A program made the position numbers and the translations under genes. Of a stretch of DNA of 64,000 nucleotides, positions 51,112-64,000 are shown piece after piece (the stretch's first letter is position 1; each line of letters begins with the position of its first letter). The notes under the pieces are model-generated. The model saw only the letters and a program-made list of their open reading frames with translations, made no database searches and was not told where the DNA came from. The stretch covers positions 91,142,001 through 91,206,000 of the forward strand of contig NW_024704742.1 in assembly GCF_018977255.1 (NCBI RefSeq), written 5' to 3'. The DNA comes from Callorhinchus milii (taxonomy: Eukaryota).

Positions 51112-52419
51112 CTGTTAGGAAAAAACATTTGCTATGAAAGTTGCTATAATGCGGAAATAAAAACAAATAAATCGTAACTGTTATTTCATTAGAGCAAAGC
51201 ATTCATTTTGCTTGAAGAAAGCAATCCCTACCTTAAAACAACACTTCATTTGGCTGTCGTCGTCTCTTCCTGCTTAAACAGGAATGACACAGTGGTGACT
51301 GATACCTAAAAGTCATCAATTTTATTTTAGTGCAGGATCAGCTGACCTGCTTCCTGCTTGTGCCCAAGTGCAGTTATATCGTACTCCACAAGACGCAGAT
51401 TACGATTTTATGGATCCCAAACACTGCATTATAACTGGGCTGTACTGTACACAGTCTCTACACTTCACAGACAATTCTGTGGAGTGCTTTGAGACATTTC
51501 AACATGATAAAATGCTGCATCAAATGTATGGATAATTTATTAGGAGTTTTAGAGGTGAAAAATGTAGTATATGATGCAATAATTAAAAAGTGTAATCCAA
51601 ACCTGACTTTCATTAGACAAAATTGGAAATTAATATCCCACATCCCCAACTTCAGCACAATGGTTTAGTCCAAAGCCAATCAATTCTTCACGAGTCACCA
51701 TTTTGTTATCACCACCTTTTAGTCACTCTACACATATTATCAGCCAAACTTAGATTGAATTATGCTGAAAGACTGTCAGGGTAGCAAATTGGAAATCCAG
51801 TCAGGGTTTCCAATCCGATCATTACACATTGAACCACTGTAAAATGTGACATCGAGGGAGACTTGGTTATGGTGCTCCTACAGTCAATGAGTCTGCCGAA
51901 ATAGTATGTAAAACATACTTTAAGAAAGAATCCTCAAGTGGCCACTAAGGCCAGTACAGCTGGCAAATGTGGAGCCATCTCTCAAGCTGAAAATTGAAAC
52001 AATATTGTTAGATTAAAAATTAGAAAATGGGATGGGAAAAACACAGGAAGGAAGATGTTCAATAGAGGATAAGAAATCGAGAGACTTTCTTTCATATAAA
52101 AAACTTTTTAAGATCTAGAAAACTATTCAGTGCAAAATGTGTTGCTTTTATCTCATAAAAGAGCATTTTTACAGATGTTCACATGTAGATAGATAAAGTG
52201 CAAAATACAGACCTTTGCTTCAACATATATATTTAAAAAAACAAGCATTTCTGGAAACCTTCAGAACAAAAAAATATTGACCCTGTAACTCTCAAAGGTA
52301 GTCTCTGCCATTTGCTTTTGAACTCTGGCCCCAATTATTTTCTACTAAAAATCTCTACTCTGAGAGCATGCATTGATCCTAAGCTGTTTTAAGTATGGTC
52401 CCAAAAGTCCTATGCTCAC

Positions 52420-52565
52420 TTTGCTGCCATGCAGAGGGCATTTTCTGCATCCTGGATGCTCCTCTCAAGTTGACGCTTGTCCTTCTCCAGCTGGGTTAGG
52501 TGTTTGTTTAGCTGACGCAAAGATTGATCTTTTCTCCTTAGTTCCATTTTTGCCTCCGAGAGACT
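52420..52565 (-). CDS. ccdc171: CCDC171 coding exon (first of five in window), [48 protein letters not shown](K)
   Basis: Acceptor tttcag at 52567-52566 and donor gtgagc at 52419; 146 bp, phase 0 to 2. Coiled-coil peptide nearly identical to human CCDC171 as recalled ([49 protein letters not shown]). Confidence 0.95.
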
Positions 52566-53244
52566 CTGAAACAAACAGAATATCCTCCAGTTCAGAATTT
52601 CAAATTGTGCCATTGGCAGAAATCTAACATAACTAACTTCAACCAGTAACTGGGAAAACAGTGATGTACAAATTCGCAAGCATCTTAATTTAAAATAGGT
52701 TGATGTAATCTAGTAGATGATTATATATGTAAGATAAATTACACCATTGGTATAGTCTTAATTTCAAACAAAGGAGTAATTAAAACATATGTAGTGACAA
52801 ATGGTGGGACGCTGAATTCATCCCATTCGTGAATAAGGCTTTTATAACTCATGAGCTTTAACACTCAAGGGTAACACAGACTTTCTCATTCAGGAGATAA
52901 ACTCTCATGGTTTCCTGCATGCATCGTTTTATTTATTCTTCAGTAGAAATTAACTCTCAGAAGCTAATAGCTTCAAGGAGAGCAGCAATCAGAATTCTCA
53001 ACCACTGAAATCTGAATTATTCAAACCTGATCTTTAAACAAATGCCAGCAGATAAACGCGCATAGGCCACTCTGAGTCACAAGAGAAAGGGGATACATGG
53101 GGACAAGAAAAATATTTGGTATGAAAAACAAACAAAAACACCCAGAGAAATGCACATGGACAAAAATAAAGCTAGAAATATGGCCATTAGCTAAGAACAT
53201 CACAGTACTCTGGTGTTATTAGCCCAGTATACCATCAACAAAAA

Positions 53245-53385
53245 CACAAATGGGAAGGACAAGTTTGCAGGGCTATGGGGAGAAAGCAGGGAGTGAGATT
53301 GATTTGGATAGCTCTTTTCAAAGAGCCGTCACGGCAGAGATACGATGGGCCGAATGGCCTCCTTCTGTCCTGTATAATTCTATGG
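53245..53385 (+). mobile_element. CR1 3' terminal fragment
   Basis: cagggctatggggagaaagcaggg...gatgggccgaatggcctccttctgtcctgtataattctatg. Confidence 0.85.
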
Positions 53386-53820
53386 AATTGCATTTATATG
53401 GCATCTTTCACATTGGGAGGATGTGCCAAGGCACTGGATAGTCAAGGGTTTGAATTAAGCTGCAGGCAGGCCCAAGAGGGTTGAAGGTGAGAAGATGACC
53501 AAAGGCGTGGTCGAAGAGGAAGGTCTTGAGACAGGCTTTGAAGGATGCAAGCGAGGGGGCAAGGTGGAGGGGCTCCGGGATAGAGTTTCAGAGCGGTGGG
53601 TGCAGAAAGGCGAAAGGCCTAAACTCTGATGGTGGAGTGGGCCGGGCGGTGGACATGGAGCAGACCAAGTGGAGGGAGCGGTCAGGTTGGTAGGGTTTCA
53701 GGAGGTCATAAAGGCAGTGTGGAATAAGACCATGGAAGGCTGTGAAGATGCAGACAAGGATTTTAAATGCTCTGGGGGACAGGGAGCCAGTGAATCCGGG
53801 CGAGGATGGGGGTGGTCAGC
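53385..53820 (-). mobile_element. Older L2 3' fragment
   Basis: Tail ttgcatttatatggcatctttcacattgggaggatgtgccaaggc followed by L2 3' sequence similar to 53881-54300. Confidence 0.8.
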
Positions 53821-53880
53821 CAACATGCTACAAACCAGAGTGCATAAAATGAGACTGCTTTATAACCTAGAGCACTTTAT

Positions 53881-54720
53881 ACAACAACAAAATTACATTT
53901 GTATAGCGCCTTTCACGTCGGGAGGATGTCCCAAGGCGCTGGACAGACAGAGTTTCGGACCCAAACTGGAGGTCGGGACCGGAGAGGGTAGAGGGTAGGG
54001 AGGGAAGCAGGGTGATCGAAAGCACGGTCGAAGAGACGGGTCTTGAAGGAGGCAAGGGAGGGGGCGAAGCGGAGGGACTGTGGGATGGTGTTGCAGAGGG
54101 TGGGGACAGAGTGGTAGAAGGTCTGCCTGACAATAGTGGGGCGAGCGAGGTGGGGGACTTTGAAGCCGGCTGAGCCTGCTGAGTGGAGGGAACGAACAGG
54201 ATGGTAGGTGGTTAGGAGGTCACAGAGGTAGGGGGAGCAAGATCATGGAGGGCTTTGAAGGTGAGGACCAGGATTTGAACTGTATCCTCTGGGAGATGCG
54301 AAGCCAGTGGAGTCAGGCGAGGATGGGAATGATAGGATCACGGAGCTTGGTGTGGAAGAGGACACGGGCTGCAAAGTTCTGGATGATCTGCAGCCTATGG
54401 AGGTAGGAGTTGGGGAGGCTGACAAGCAAGGAGTTTGGATAGCCAAGCCTCGATGTAATGAAAGCATGCATGAGGGTCTCGACAAACTGCGGTGTGAGAC
54501 AGTGGCGGAGCCGGGCGACGTTGCGGAGGTGAGGGAAAGCAGAGCGGGTCATGGCACAGATGTGGGGTAGAAAGGATAGTTGAGAGTCAAACAAGATGGC
54601 AAGGTTCTGGACTGGCTTAGCAAGGTAGAGTGTGCAACCATGGATGGTGATGCTGTCAGCGCCTGAGGTGAGGAGGCGCTAACGGGAGCTAATCAGGAGA
54701 GCCTCGGTCTTGTTGACGTG
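53881..54720 (-). mobile_element. L2 LINE 3' portion (relatively young)
   Basis: FDSQLSFLPHI...LRNVARLRHCLT...HAFITSRLGYPNSLL...LQIIQNFAARVL; tail agcgccttgggacatcctcccgacgtgaaaggcgctatacaaatgtaattttgttgttg. Confidence 0.92.
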
Positions 54721-55523
54721 CATTACCCCCTCATTTCAAGCCTAGCCACTGATATCACTGAGCCCGGCTCCGCTTGTGTCTTGCGCGCAGGAAACAGGCC
54801 AGTGCTCAGCACCTCCTCATGGTGAAGCAGGTAGTCAATATGCACGATGATATATCCAAACCTGCACTATATTGAATAGATTGTATTCCCATTTTCCCCA
54901 TGTCTCCTAGGGGAACATTTGTCGAGTTGGATTGAGTCCACATGTGCAAATTGATTCTGAGTGCTTTAAACTTCAGTGCCTTAATCTTACAATTACATCG
55001 GAAATATCAGGAGCACCACATAGAATAAGAAACTAGTGAAAATCCACCAAAATGTAAATTCTGAAAAATAGCCATAAATATTGCTTATTGAATCACACAA
55101 ACTCAATGTGACATCTAAAGTGTGAGAAAATGGATGACGCTCAGTGCTTTTAATTTAATTGGTTCCAATGTGAAAGTTAATTTGTACACAAACCTGCAAT
55201 AATTTATAATTATTGAAATGTAAACACATTTTAACCACCACTAAATGACAACCTGGTTTCCACTTAATAGGAAAAACTGAAACGGCTAAATTGATTTGGA
55301 TAATTCAATTCAGCAAAAGTTACATTCTTTAAATTACCTACAATCAATTAAACACTGAACTTAAAATGCAAAGGGTAAAATTAATATTGTCTCTTAAGGG
55401 TAATCAACAGTTGTACATTTAAGAAAGAGCTTGATACTGTTAAGGGAAGAAGATAGGTTTGACAATCTGGATTGACATTCAATCAAATGTACTGAGATGC
55501 CTTCTTTATCCATCTCTCGCTTG

Positions 55524-55840
55524 TAATAATAATATAATAATCCTTGCATTTGATATTGCGCTTGTTCATGTCTTCTAGACTTCTCAAAGCGCTTGGACAG
55601 AATATACTGTAAAGTGAATTGGCTATATATTTGTGGGCGAAATGCGGCAGCCAATTGTGCACAGCAGTGTACCACAAACAGTCATGGATTGAAGTAACCA
55701 ATTTATTATTGTTTTTTTTTCTTGAGGGATTATTATCAGGCGTGTGGAGTAAGGAAACTTGCCCAAGATTTTGCCCTGCTGGGAATCTAACCCAGGTCTC
55801 GCTTGCAAGGCGAGTGCTCTAACCACTGAGCTACAGGACT
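55524..55840 (-). mobile_element. Near full-length tRNA-Ala SINE, short subfamily
   Basis: Family head, body and tail. Possible short target duplication ttgtaat on both sides. Confidence 0.92.
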
Positions 55841-56254
55841 TGTAATTTAATGCTTTGAGATTCTCAAAATTTTGGATTATATACTCTGTGTAAGTAGTCA
55901 TTCTTATTATTGGAAGGTAGATATATTTTTACTCTTCCCCTTTTGGAAAAGCTTTCCAGCCTTTATTATTCATCCCAACACATTAAAATGAACACTTACT
56001 ATTCTAGTTTTCTACTCTATCTGGGGCTCCCCACCCACCTGCCTTTAAAAGTACAATACTGCATGTGAAACTCATCACATGAATGTAATAGAATCTGCCA
56101 TGAGATGTTAAGCATGCAAACATTATCAACTGTCACTCAAGGTGACTAAGTCTGCACTGACAGTGGCAGGGAACAAGTAGCACTGTTTTCTTTCTTAAAA
56201 AAAAACTCTTTGGCGAATGGTACTACATTGATACAAAAGATAAATACTCGTTTT

Positions 56255-56369
56255 GCACACAAAAGATACAGTCAATTCACTTTACAGTATACTCTGTGAA
56301 GCGCTTTGAGACGTCTCAAAAGACGTGAATATGGTGCTATATCAAACCCAAGTATTATTATTATTATTG
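56255..56369 (+). mobile_element. SINE 3' tail fragment (similar fragments at about 1194-1293, 4755-4865, 16746-16800, 45141-45205, 51450-51540, 59570-59705, 60468-60560, 62765-62920)
   Basis: atacagtcaattcactttacagtat...gcgctttgagacgtctc...(tta)n. Confidence 0.85.
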
Positions 56370-57778
56370 TCACCAGGACTGGAGAATCAGGGAGAGGAAA
56401 CTAATCAGCTCCTCCTCCCTTCTCCTATACATATGTATAAATAGTCAGTTCTGATATCTTCAAATAAAAGAAGCACCAGTGGTAAATACCTCTGTTAACC
56501 CAGTTTTTTTAAGATCATCATTTTGAAAATCAAAAAACTGAGGTTGACTCGCAGCTCTTGCAAATATTTTTTTCGGAACAATCCCCAAACCATCCTTCCC
56601 CTCACTCAATAAGAAACAGATAAATTGGTCATCCATTTCATGTTTTTTTGTGGGTCGCTACTGTGTCTAAATTGCCTGCTATGTTCGCCTATAAATACAC
56701 AATCACTTCACAGCAATTATTTGTGAAGCACTTTGAGACATTTTGATGTTATACGCACTATAGCAAAACACAAGGATTTTTATTGTTAAGCATTTTCAAA
56801 GTTCTTCCGATAGATGAGTGATTAATATTTTGTGGTGTGGTTCTAAACCACGCATATCAAGCAGAACGTATATCAATTCCTCATTTGTATTGAGGTAGCT
56901 GATCATAGTTGGAAAGACAGTGAGATTAGTTACCCTATATGAAGGACATTATTTCAAGTTCTTATTGTAAGAGGGCGAGGAGGGATGGCTCGATACTCAA
57001 AAAATAATTCCCTTCTGTAATGTGGAGATATTGGCTGTGCAGAGGCTCCATTGAAATATTCTGTGATTGAATAGCCAGCAAAGCTGACCTTCAAGTTAGA
57101 ATGTAGATTGCCAATTCTAACAAGATACTAGAGAACTCCCAGTAAACAGGGATCCACACCCCTTTCAGGAGAAGATGAGAAATTGGGGGCAGAAATCAAT
57201 AAAAAACTTTTACTATAGAATATCCTGAGAATAATTCTGATATTATTCTCCCACTAATAATTTAATACAATTTTTTTTTTCTTACTTGACCATGCATCAA
57301 AAAACTTGCTCTCAGTTTTTTTTATTCAGACAAGAAAGGCCCAAAGGCAACAGGTAAAGGAGGGAGCGGGTGGACATAGAACCGGCATTTTAGATTTTTG
57401 GTCACATAAACAAAAAAAATGAAAAAATTACCACCAAATAACCTACCCGATTGCTGGATTTGTTTATTCTACATACATCTCTCCTTCACCAAAGCTGCAT
57501 AAATGAAATACAAATCTCAAGACTCAGAACAGCAAGACATGAAGAAGGGCTCAGGAGTGATCACTGGACCAATCAAAATGTTTTGAAGCTTGTTCAATGC
57601 AGCTTCTAATTTGACTGAGTGATACAAATAAGGAGTATTTGAAGAGTTTGAAAAAAGTTGAAAGGAAAACCCAAATACAAATACCCAAATCAGAGGGGAA
57701 TTTCTCCCAGAGTCCTAACCAATAATCCCTAAATAAAACTGGATAATTTCCATAGCTGTTTCCTCACATCAACACAAC

Positions 57779-59232
57779 AGCAAAAACAACTTGCATTTAT
57801 ATAGCGCCCTTCACGTGGGGTAGTAAACCGGAGCGCCTGACAGTGGAGGAGTCTGACACCGAAGCAGGGGGAGATGGAGGGGGAGGTGACCTTAAGCACG
57901 ATCAAAAAGGATGGCCTATAGGTGGGATTTGAAAATGGGGAGGGAGGGGGCGAGGTGGAGGGATTGAGGGAGAGAGTTCTATAGTTTTGGGGCATAGTGT
58001 CTGAAGTCATGGCCACCGATGGTACAGCAGAGGGGTCGAGGGACAAACAGGAGGCAGGAGCCAGCAAAGCAGAGACAGTGGGTGGTGGTGTGGGGGCATA
58101 AGCAGATCGGTTAGGTAGGGAGGTGTGAGGGCATGAAGGGATTTGAAAACAAGTGAGAGGATCTTGAAATCAATCCATTCGGTAATTGGGAGCCAGTGAA
58201 GTCTGGCAAGGACTGGTGTGATGGAGGTACAGAGTTCTGTGCAGATGAGTATCCAGGACAACAGAGTTTTGAATTAATTGACTTTTGTGTATGGTTGAGC
58301 TGGGGAGACCAGCAAGGAGGGCATTGGAATAGGCCATGATAGTGTGAACGGCGGTTTCGGCTGGGTTGGTTGTGAGATATGCGCAGAGATGGGCAATGTG
58401 ATGGATGTGGAAAAAAGCATTCCTGGTCAGCGAACGGATGTGTGGTAGAAATGAAAGATGGGCATCGAATCTGACGCCTAAGTTACTCACGGGTTCGGTG
58501 AGTCTGAGGGAGAGCCCAGGGAGGTTGAGGAGTTCAGACTCACATGAGAGATGACGTTGACGGGAGCCGAAGAAGTGCGGCTTCTGTCTTGCCGACACTG
58601 AACTGCAGGAAATTTGCGCTCATTCAGGCCTTGATGACCGTCAAACAAGCTGACAGGACTTCAGCGGACTGGGAGTTGCAGCTGGAGAAGTAGATTTGGG
58701 CATCACCTGCAGACATGTGGATGTTGACCCCATGTCTGCAGATAACATCGCTGAGAGGGAGCATGTAGCTAAGGAAAAGGAGGGGCCAAGGATGGAGATT
58801 TGGGGTTACCCACAGGTGATCGGGCGGGGGCAGGAGGAAAAAATATTTGCCGAGATTTATTGTTGAAGGTTTGTTAAGTAGGACTCAAACCATACGAGTG
58901 TGGTCCCACTAAGGTGGATAAGGGAGGAGAGGAGGTGGAAGATGGCGTGATCGACTGTATCGAACTTGCCGTAAAGGTCGAGGAGAACGAGGAGACAGAA
59001 TGAGCCCTGGTCACAAAGAGAGAGAACATCATTTGTTACTTTCACGAGCACTTTCTGTGCTGTAGGCAGGGCGAAAACCGGATTGGAGAGGTTCGAGTAG
59101 GGAGTGGAGGGAGAGGTGTAAGCAAAGTTGATTTGCAGCAACATGTTCCAAAACTTCGGCCAGGAAGAGCAGGTTTGAGATGGGTCTGAAGTTTGTGAGG
59201 ATGGAGGGATCAAGGGTAGTTTTTTTAAGAAA
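57779..59232 (-). mobile_element. L2-clade LINE, 5'-truncated, decayed ORF2 reverse transcriptase plus 3' tail
   Basis: Frameshifted RT motifs LVKVTNDVL, LLVLLDL..KFDTVDH, WFESYL, NLGVRFDAHLSFLPHI, LHWLPITEWIDFKIL. The catalytic YADD position reads SAGD. Tail gtgaagggcgctatataaatgcaagttgtt. Confidence 0.92.
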
Positions 59233-59274
59233 GTGGGCTCCCTAACTGAACCCACTATTCTTAAACTTTGCCAG

Positions 59275-59570
59275 TTGCCTGCCACTATCCGTATCATACC
59301 AAACGCTGCCGGAAGCCTCATTCATCCCTTTGACTTCTCTAATGCTCTCATCACAAATCTCCCAACTTCCACCATTCACAAGCTCCAATGCTCTAACTCA
59401 TTCAAAACTCTGCTACCCACATCCTCACTGGCTCCAAACTCTGCATGCCCAACATCCCAGTCTTTACCAGGCTTCAATGGATTAATTTCAAGGTTCTCAC
59501 ACTCACGTATAAATCCCTGCATTACCCTAAATTAATAAGTGAAAGGTGTTATATAAATGTAAGATGTTAT
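59275..59570 (+). mobile_element. L2 3' fragment, head-to-head with the previous element
   Basis: DFSNALITNLPTSTIHKLQ and RLQWINFKVLTLTYKSLH; tail gtgaaaggtgttatataaatgtaag. Confidence 0.8.
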
Positions 59571-61721
59571 TGTGGGACTATGCAGTGGAAAAATTGGCTG
59601 CTGCAAAATAAATGCAGTCACTACAGTCTACAGCAAATCCTGTGGGCACGCTTTGAGATGTCTCAAAGTCACGATAAGGCACTCTATCAAATACAAGCAT
59701 TACTATTAAAATTCAGGGATTATTATTATAATTTCCCTCTCTGCCTATTTAATGCAATTAGCATTATCCCATATGAATCTCTACCATCAGATTTGCAGTT
59801 GTGTTAATGTAATAGGCAGAATAGAATAGTGACAGTTTTTGGCTGGAAGTGAAATTTCCAATGGTTATAGCAGCCAAAAAATATTGCTGATTTAGCAAAT
59901 TTTATAATCCCCTTGACCCTAGCTTCTCTTTGTTCCTGACTCTTTCACAGATCTCCATGACACCTTTCTTCTCCATTGCCAGTCAAACTAACACTGAAGG
60001 AAATGTTGATTGCTATTGTGGATAATGAACCCATTATAGCAGTACGACATCAATCAAATTCTTAGTTCTAATCCCTGCAATAGTAGAACAGAGCATTTGT
60101 AACAAAAACATATTGTAGCCAAAATGTAAGATTAGTCGCGGCAAAATTAAATGTGGAATTAATACCAGTTTAGCTCCAATTGTACTTCCATTTTCTCACC
60201 ACAGGTGTAAGCATTAAGAAGGCAGGAAAACATATTGGACCCTTTGAACGTTTTTTTCCTCCAACAATTTTTTTTGTATATGTATGCCAAGTAATACAAT
60301 AAAAATAACAGAGTATGAGAACACTGAAGAACAAGTAATTTATAGAGGAGTGAGGCACAGGTCAGAGTGGGAGAGAGAGAGAGAGAAAATCATTCTTACT
60401 TTATCTTCACCATACTCTGCTTTTTATGTTTATATTTGCTTATTCGTCAATTCCAACTGATCTACTACTAATAATAATCCTTAAATTTGGTATAGCATCT
60501 TTCATGCCAGAAAGACATCTCAAAACGCTTCACAGGATTTTATTGTAAATGTTTTGTGGGCAAATGATTGAACTGGCATGTCTTCAACAACATATGATAG
60601 CTAGGCCTACAAATTCATGCTTTGCACAAGATCAAATGTAGCAGGAGACAAACACTAATATTTTTACAATATTTATACCAAGAGTTGAAATAGATTTGGA
60701 ACTAAACTAGATGCTCCTAAGTAAAATGGCTTTCTATTTGATCAGGAATTGCTGTATCCTATCCAGCATTATTATTTGAACAATACTGTAGCTGTGCTGG
60801 TGCAAAATGAACAAGGGCTCTCTCAATGCCACACACCAAAATCAACGGTCAGCTGTCTGCTGTATAAACTAAGATTGTAAAATACATACAAAAAGGAATA
60901 CTTGTTAAACGTTTCAACAAACGTGCTAGAATTGGGTCATAGAAAGAGAACGAATTTGATTAATGTTTTATGGGATTTTTTACGAACATGTTAAAGCAGA
61001 CTTTTGTTTGATTATTACCAGCTTGTTTCTTCTGTTGCTGGGTAAACATTGTAACTGAAGACTCTTTTAAAAAAAACTTCCAGTTAAAAGATTTATTATA
61101 TTCACACTATTGTATAACCATAACTACTAAAATTGCATATTTAAATTAGTAAAATTAATTCTCATTCTCACTATTCTATTCCAGAAATTCTTTCTGCTCA
61201 ACCTTCTCCAGCATGGTTTTCTGAGATGTGGAATACATTTACTTGTATTTTAAAAATTGGCAGGCTACAAAAATGCCTGCGTTTTTAATACAGTATAGAC
61301 GTGCTGCTTGCGGTTTCTGGTTTTCAGGCAACAGACTGGTTTCATTAATCATTGGGTTAATACTGGAGACAATGTTATAAAATAATGTGTGTCAAGATGG
61401 AGAGGAAAGCTATTTGAGAGTTCAGAGACCCCAAAGCTAGGAGTCAAAGAGTTCTTTGGAGATGCTCTTGCTGCACACTTTCTGTTAAACATCACAGATT
61501 CTATTTCCAGGACTATTTATGTGTTTCATATCCATGTTCAACTGCTCAAATATTTGGTATTAATTTTTCTAACTGTTGAATTTTTTTTAAAACTCGACTC
61601 TTTCTTGGCAAGAATTCAGTGGATTGGCTCAAAGAATGTTTGAATGTCTGGTTTGGCCCTTTACAAAATATATTTCCCCACTCCAGGAGGTAGGTAAATG
61701 TAAAACATGGTTAATGACCTA

Positions 61722-62200
61722 TAAACATAGAAACAGAAGTAGGCCATTCAACCCTTCAAATCTGTTCCACCATTCTTTAAGATCATGACTGATCTGTACC
61801 TCAACTCCAATTGCCCGCCCTTGCCCCATATCCCTTGATACCCTGACCAAGCAAACATCTATCTACCTCCGTCTTGAAAATGTGAATGGATCCAGCATCC
61901 ATAACCTTTAGGGGGAGAGAGTTCCAGATTTCCACTACCCTTTGGGAGAAAAACTGCCTCCTAATTTCACTCCTAAATGGCCTAGCTCTAATTTTAAGAT
62001 TATGCCCCATTGTTCTGGATTACCCCACCAAAGGAAATAGTTCCTCTGTATCTACCCTATCAAATCCCTTTATTATTTTGAAAACCTCAATCAGATAACC
62101 CATCAACCATCTAAACTCAAGGGAATTGAAACCCTGTTTATGCAACCTGTCCTCATAATTTAACCCTTTAAGACCTGGTATAATTCTGGTGAATCTGCTG
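61722..62200 (-). mobile_element. CR1-clade LINE 3' end
   Basis: GHNLKIRARPFRSEIRRQFFSQRVVEIWNSLP...FKTEVDRCL; 3' UTR ending ttctatgtt. Confidence 0.92.
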
Positions 62201-62988
62201 TCGCCATTTTCAGTGTTGCTCTGAATTTTGTCCCAATGTCAGACATTTCTGCAGATAGATTTGCAACAGTAAACAATTCCAAAAGCAAGAAGAACTTCCT
62301 GTGCTATTTGTGACAGCTCTGGATAATCGGATGCCATTTTTGGACGAAAAATGCCCAAATTATCCAAAGGTAACAAATTGGAATATGTTGTGCCAAAAAA
62401 CAATGAATAGTGTTTAACAAGCCAGGCTTTCTCAAACTGGTTTCAATATCAGTTTTGTCAGCAGAAAAAGTATTGAGCATTTGTGACTGAGACCTAGATG
62501 GTAACATTTCAGTCATATTTCTGACAAGGAAGCAGGCTTGGAGTTGAGAATAAACAGATGACTGACTGTAAATCGTTTCCTGACTTTATGCAACCCAAGT
62601 CTTCAATTTTCTCTGGTTGTATCATACAAGACAACATATTTATTCTATTTTTTATGACAGCAGAATTCTACTCTGTTCAGTAGGAAGTTAAACATACAAT
62701 GGCACAATTTGAAAAGAGAAGGAAGTCTTCTGCCACCCAATATTCTGTCCAACAATCCTACAGATAAAATTGGTCATTCATCTCATGGCTGTTTGTGGGA
62801 CATTGTTGTGCACAAATTGATTGTCACATTGACCTACAAACTACACTTTACAGTAAATTCTCTGAAGGATTTTCAGACATCTTCATAATGTGAAAAAAGC
62901 TATATCAAATGCAAAGATTGTTAAGTAAACTCCAAAATGGATCCAGTGATGAATTATCCAATATGACTAGTCAGCCATTGGTCCTCAC

Positions 62989-63150
62989 CTAATTCTCCCA
63001 GGTCTCTTGCTGCCGCGCTCTCCCTCTCTCTCTTTCGCTCTCTCGCTCAGCCAGCAACTGCTCACCCCAGACACCGCATCTGAGCATGCGCGCCCAACCT
63101 TCCCTAACCGCCCAACCAGGGAGTGAGGCCACAGCACTGCCCTCCAATAG
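62989..63150 (-). promoter_or_regulatory. Candidate intronic promoter / alternative first exon
   Basis: About 8 CpGs in about 100 bp against a CpG-poor background. CCAAT 63144-63148, GC box CCGCCC 63108-63113, NRF1-like TGAGCATGCGCG 63081-63092. Minus-strand donors ag|gtgagg (62988) and gg|gtgagc (63065). Confidence 0.45.
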
Positions 63151-63291
63151 AACAGAGGCCTCTGCCATGTAAGAGGTCTTCTTATAGAACAAGTTATCTG
63201 ATCAATTTTACATTGCAAGTAGTTTCAAGAATTTCTAAAATTCGACAAATTACACATTAAGCGGAGTGACGAGTAAAGTTTTGTGCCTCAT

Positions 63292-63631
63292 TAATAATAA
63301 TCCTTGTATGTGATGAAGTGCTTCACAAAATATACTGAAAAGTGAATTGACTGAATATTTTGTGGGTAAAATGCGGCAACCAATTGCGCACAGCAGTGTC
63401 CCACAAACAGTCATGGATTGAGTGACCAATTTATTATTATTTTTTTTGAAGGAATTATTACCCCAGAAAAGTGATCCACCAATCGACTAACAACTGGGTT
63501 CCTACATACTGTTAGGATACCAGAAGTGTGTGGAGTAAGCAAACATGCCCAATGTTTCACCCCATGGAATCGAACCCAGGTCCTATTGCTAACAAGGCGA
63601 GTGCTCTAACCACTAAGATACAGGACTCCAC
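63292..63631 (-). mobile_element. Full-length tRNA-Ala SINE, long subfamily
   Basis: Head ggactccac at 63631, core segment aatcgactaacaactgggttcctac, partly deleted tail. Confidence 0.9.
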
Positions 63632-64000
63632 AGGACTTCCCATATAAACTATTAACAGTTTATATGGGAAGTAATCAGGATATTGACAAAATGATGACTT
63701 AAGTGACAGTGATGAGTTAAGCCAGGTTAAGCCAGGTTGAGTTATCAAGAGTTCACGTATTTTATTTTTCTGTGGAAGGAAAAAAAAGAGTCCGAAAGGT
63801 TAAAATTACTGCACTAACTGAATAACATTTTGGTTAACCTCTGCTGGGGAAGGGGATGAGTTGGACAGAGTTTGCTTTTGTCTTATTCATGATAAATGAG
63901 TCCAGATTTACTATTTGTTGATGGAGAATGTTTTGAATGATTGATATTTAAAAAAAAGTGTTCACGATAGAATTTGAATGAAAAAAAATCCAGTGTTGTT

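Noticed and set aside
58600..59232. Functional reverse transcriptase gene
   Set aside because: Multiple frameshifts and stops, mutated catalytic motif and 5' truncation; an inactive L2 copy.
52568..64000. Upstream ccdc171 coding exon (expected to end near ...KNQTLGEAVK)
   Set aside because: Not found by eye on the minus strand; probably beyond the window end.

Overview
Eukaryotic (vertebrate) genomic DNA: AT-rich, CpG-depleted, mostly intronic/intergenic, with no prokaryotic operon or CRISPR. The repeat content (a tRNA-Ala SINE ending in (TTA)n, L2 and CR1 LINEs, Deu-domain SINEs) points to a cartilaginous fish, most likely a holocephalan such as Callorhinchus (inference). The only supportable protein-coding gene is the 3' end of ccdc171 on the minus strand. 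It has five coding exons (52565-52420, 51111-51057, 34091-33960, 31078-30926, 8909-8664), all with canonical GT/AG boundaries and compatible phases, and translates to a C-terminus matching CCDC171 as I recall it. The upstream exons appear to lie beyond 64000. The other ORF-track entries are repeat-derived or chance ORFs. The most interesting observations are: (1) a promoter-like CpG patch with splice donors at about 63.0-63.15 kb that could drive a short ccdc171 isoform; (2) modular SINE evolution, with two different SINE heads on one 3' module, long and short subfamilies, and SINE/L2 tail chimeras; (3) a near-perfect 80-nt hairpin inserted into an L2 tail with a 15-bp duplication; (4) palindromic MITE-like relics; (5) a possible L1 ORF1 fossil; (6) several candidate conserved non-coding enhancers. 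I found no clear evidence of a wholly new biological system. Repeat boundaries are approximate and family names are recalled, not searched.
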